Shown here: positions 61,231 through 64,000 of the stretch, in pieces | Layout: each line of letters starts with the position of its first letter | Numbering within the stretch: position 1 is the first letter of the stretch | Origin: Sphyrna mokarran | Taxonomy: Eukaryota | DNA: 64,000 nucleotides | Assembly (NCBI GenBank): GCA_024679065.1 | Contig: JAGIQG010000043.1 | Span: 2,046,001-2,110,000 of the forward strand | Direction of reading: 5' to 3' | Notes under the pieces: model-generated | What the model was told of the DNA's origin: nothing | What the model saw: only the letters and a program-made list of their open reading frames with translations | Database searches by the model: none | Made by a program: the position numbers and the translations under genes

Positions 61231-63340
61231 GGTTAATGGCTGCAGGTTGACATGAGCTCAAACCCAGAGAGCTTTGTCTCTTTCAGATACAGTGGAAATT
61301 ATGACGGGCCGTGCGATGGAAAGTCTGACGCAAGTTTGGTGCAGTGTGCTGGTGAATTCCACATTCACTTCAGACAGTGTGGTCATCATAGCGATGAACA
61401 GGCAGCATGTCTTCAGGGGGTGTTACAGTACGTTAACTGTGTGGCGATATGTTTTCTATTATAGCTAAATTTAATTCATTCACGGGATGTGAATTCCTTA
61501 GTAAGGGTGAAGTACACTGTTCTTTCGAAAATGATGATGTCCAAAAATGTGCAGTTTAGGGGGGATTGTTCATGCCAATTTGCCTCTTAGTGTCTAAATA
61601 TGTGTAGATTAGGTGGATTGATCGTGCTAAATTGTCCCTTGCTGTCTTAAGATGTGCAAATTAGGTGGATTGGCCATGCTAAATTGCTCCTTCGTATCCA
61701 AAGATGTGCGGGTTCGGTGAATTGGCCGTGTTAAATTGGCCCTTGGTGCCAACGACGTTCAGCTTCGGTGGATTAGTCGTGTTTATTGTGCGTTGTTACG
61801 GGGATAAGGTGAGTGATGTGGACCTGGGTAAATTAGTGCTTCCTTCTGCACTGCAGGCAGTCTCTGATCATATTCCGTATTCCTGTCAATGCACGTGCGA
61901 ACACTGAGAGTTCTACCTCTAGACGACACGGACAGAGTAACTGGAATACCAGAATGATAAAGTGCCCCTAGAATCTGTGGAACATCCACTGGGCCTACGC
62001 ATCTCGGGACACGAAAGGGGAAATCTATACTACACGTGTTCTATGATCCCATCCTACGAATGTAGCATTACCAATCTTTCTATCCAGCACATCGGAAAGC
62101 ATTGAAGGGCAGTTGGGTATGGTCAATCCACCGACCCTGCACATGTTTGAACACTATGGGATAATTTACATGGCTAATCAGGGTAAAATGCATCTTTGGA
62201 CACAAAGAGGCAATTTAGCAGGACCAATCCACCAAGACTGCACATTTTCACACTGTGAGATGAAAACCGAACACTCAGAGGAAACCTGCGTAGGCATGAG
62301 GAGAACATTGAGACTCCAGGCAGTGATCCAAGGCAGGAATCGAAGCCAGGTCCCAGGCGCTGTGAGACAGCACTGCTACCAACTGTGACAGCAGGATGTA
62401 ATGTAATTGTGCTCAATCTAATTCATTCTTTAAAGAGATTGCACATGATTGCCCCAGTTGGAGTATTGTGCGCAGTTCTGGTCGCCTCATTATAGGAAGG
62501 ATGTAGAGTCTATTGAGAGAGTTCAGAGGAGATTTACGAGGATGCTGCGTGGATTGGGGGGCAGGCCTTATGAGGATAGGTTGAGGGAGCTGGGACTCTT
62601 CTCACTGGAGAGACGTAGGTTGAGAGGCGACTTGATAGAGGTTTATAAAATGTTGACAGGGATAGATAGGGTGGACTCTCAGAGACATTTCCCCGATCTG
62701 AAATGGTCACTACGAGAGGACACCGATTTAAGGTGCAGGGAAGCAAATACAAAGGAGATGTCAGGGGTAGGTTTTTCACTCAGAGGGTGGTGAGTGAATG
62801 GAACCGACTGCCATCGGAGGTTGTTGAGGCAAACTCAGTGGGGTCTTTTAAGAGACTTCTGGATGAGTATATGGAAAAGAATAGGATAGGAGGGTATAGA
62901 TAGATGTGTGGATTGGTGGATGTGATCGGCGCAACTCGTGGGTCGAATGGCCTGTTTGTGCTGTATTGTTCTATGTTCTATGTTCTATGATTCCTGCCGA
63001 AGAAAGAGAAGTGAAAATATTCTATGAATTGTATGTAAATTGACTGAAATTGTGTTGAAAATCTCAGTGATTTGCTGCTTGAGTGTAGAATGTACAGACT
63101 GCAGTTCCTCTGACCTGCAGATGAAATGAGTGCATCTGTTGTGAATCAGAGCGGGTTTCTGAAAATTGTAATCAACACTAGCAATGCGTCCAAATTGTGA
63201 CAAATACTCTTTTGAATAGTTTCCTGTAACATGGCTTAATTGTAAACCAGCAGGTTCTCTGTGCAGCTAAATCTACCTCGAATGTCCAACTGTCTGCGGT
63301 TTTACATTGTGTCTCAGCTTCTGATCTCTGGAGGCAGTTA
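61231..63340 (+). pseudogene. Duplicate copy of the 10870-12000 VJ-C1 pseudogene (V 61231-61450, C1 about 63160-63340)
   Basis: Collinear nucleotide homology; intact TTTCTGTAG acceptor; J-like VFRGCYSTLTV. Confidence 0.5.
62451..62990 (+). mobile_element. CR1 3' fragment with TSD ATGATT
   Basis: ATGATT at 62445 and 62987; empty site at 11599-11604. Confidence 0.9.
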
Positions 63341-64000
63341 GATAGAATAGATAGAATAGATAGATAGATAGGTACAGTTGGGTAGATTTAAGAGGATTGT
63401 CAAAAGAAGCAACAGCAATTAATAAAAATGGCGATTGATGTGCCTGGGACAGGATCTGTAAACTAGAACACTAAGTTTAAATGTCAATGTCCAACAATGT
63501 GCAATTAGGTGGATTGACCATGCTTAATTGCCCCTTAGAACAAAGAACAGTACAGCGCAGAAGCAGGCCCTTCTGCCCCCCAAACCTGCGCCGCTCATGT
63601 GACTTATTAGACCAACTCGTTTGTATCCCTCTTTCCCAGTCTGTTCATGTGGTTATCTAGATAAGTCTTAAACAATTCTGTTCATGTGGTAATCTAGATA
63701 AGTCTTAAACAATTCCAGTGTGTCCGACTCAACCACCTTGCTTGGCATTGCTTTCCAGGCCTCCATCACCCTCTGTATAAAATACGTCCCCCTGACATCT
63801 GTGTTGAAATTTGCCCACCATCCCCCTCACCTTGAATCTATGACCCCTTGTGCTCGTCACCTCCGACCTGGGAAAAAGCTTCACCCTATCTGTGCCCTTC
63901 ATAATTTTACAAACCTCTATTAGGCTTAGTATCCAAAGATGTGCAGGTATTTCTGGATTGGTCATGCAAAATTGTCCCTGAGTGGCCAAATATGTGCCGG

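Larger units (their letters stand above)
51840..64000 (+). repeat. Segmental duplication, copy 2 (runs off window end)
   Basis: Same collinear blocks; ends CCAAATATGTGCC matching 14931-14943. Confidence 0.9.

Overview
Cartilaginous-fish (shark-like) genomic DNA, inferred from the HE1/V-SINE and HER1-like CR1 repeat content. It is very repeat-rich (CR1, Rex1/Babar, Penelope, Gypsy, V-SINEs, microsatellites) and has six N gaps. Two multi-exon + strand Ig-superfamily receptor genes were reconstructed by hand from splice sites and reading phase. Gene A (16595-24267, 312 aa) is leader - germline-joined VJ (YYC...FGNG) - C1 - Cys stalk - TM - tail with TLYARL. Gene B (46993-50999, about 300 aa) has the same architecture with an Arg at the start of the TM and PLYASL in the tail. 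Neither has RSS, so they are non-rearranging, TCR/IgL-like VJ-C1 receptors resembling the PRARP/VJC1 type, plausibly the two chains of a disulfide-linked dimer. Many decayed VJ/C1/TM remnants lie between the repeats. Region 1930-14945 is repeated collinearly at 51840-64000, so the window spans roughly one ~50 kb unit of a tandemly duplicated, birth-and-death receptor cluster. Repeat boundaries are approximate, family names come from motif recognition rather than database searches, and identity percentages are hand estimates.
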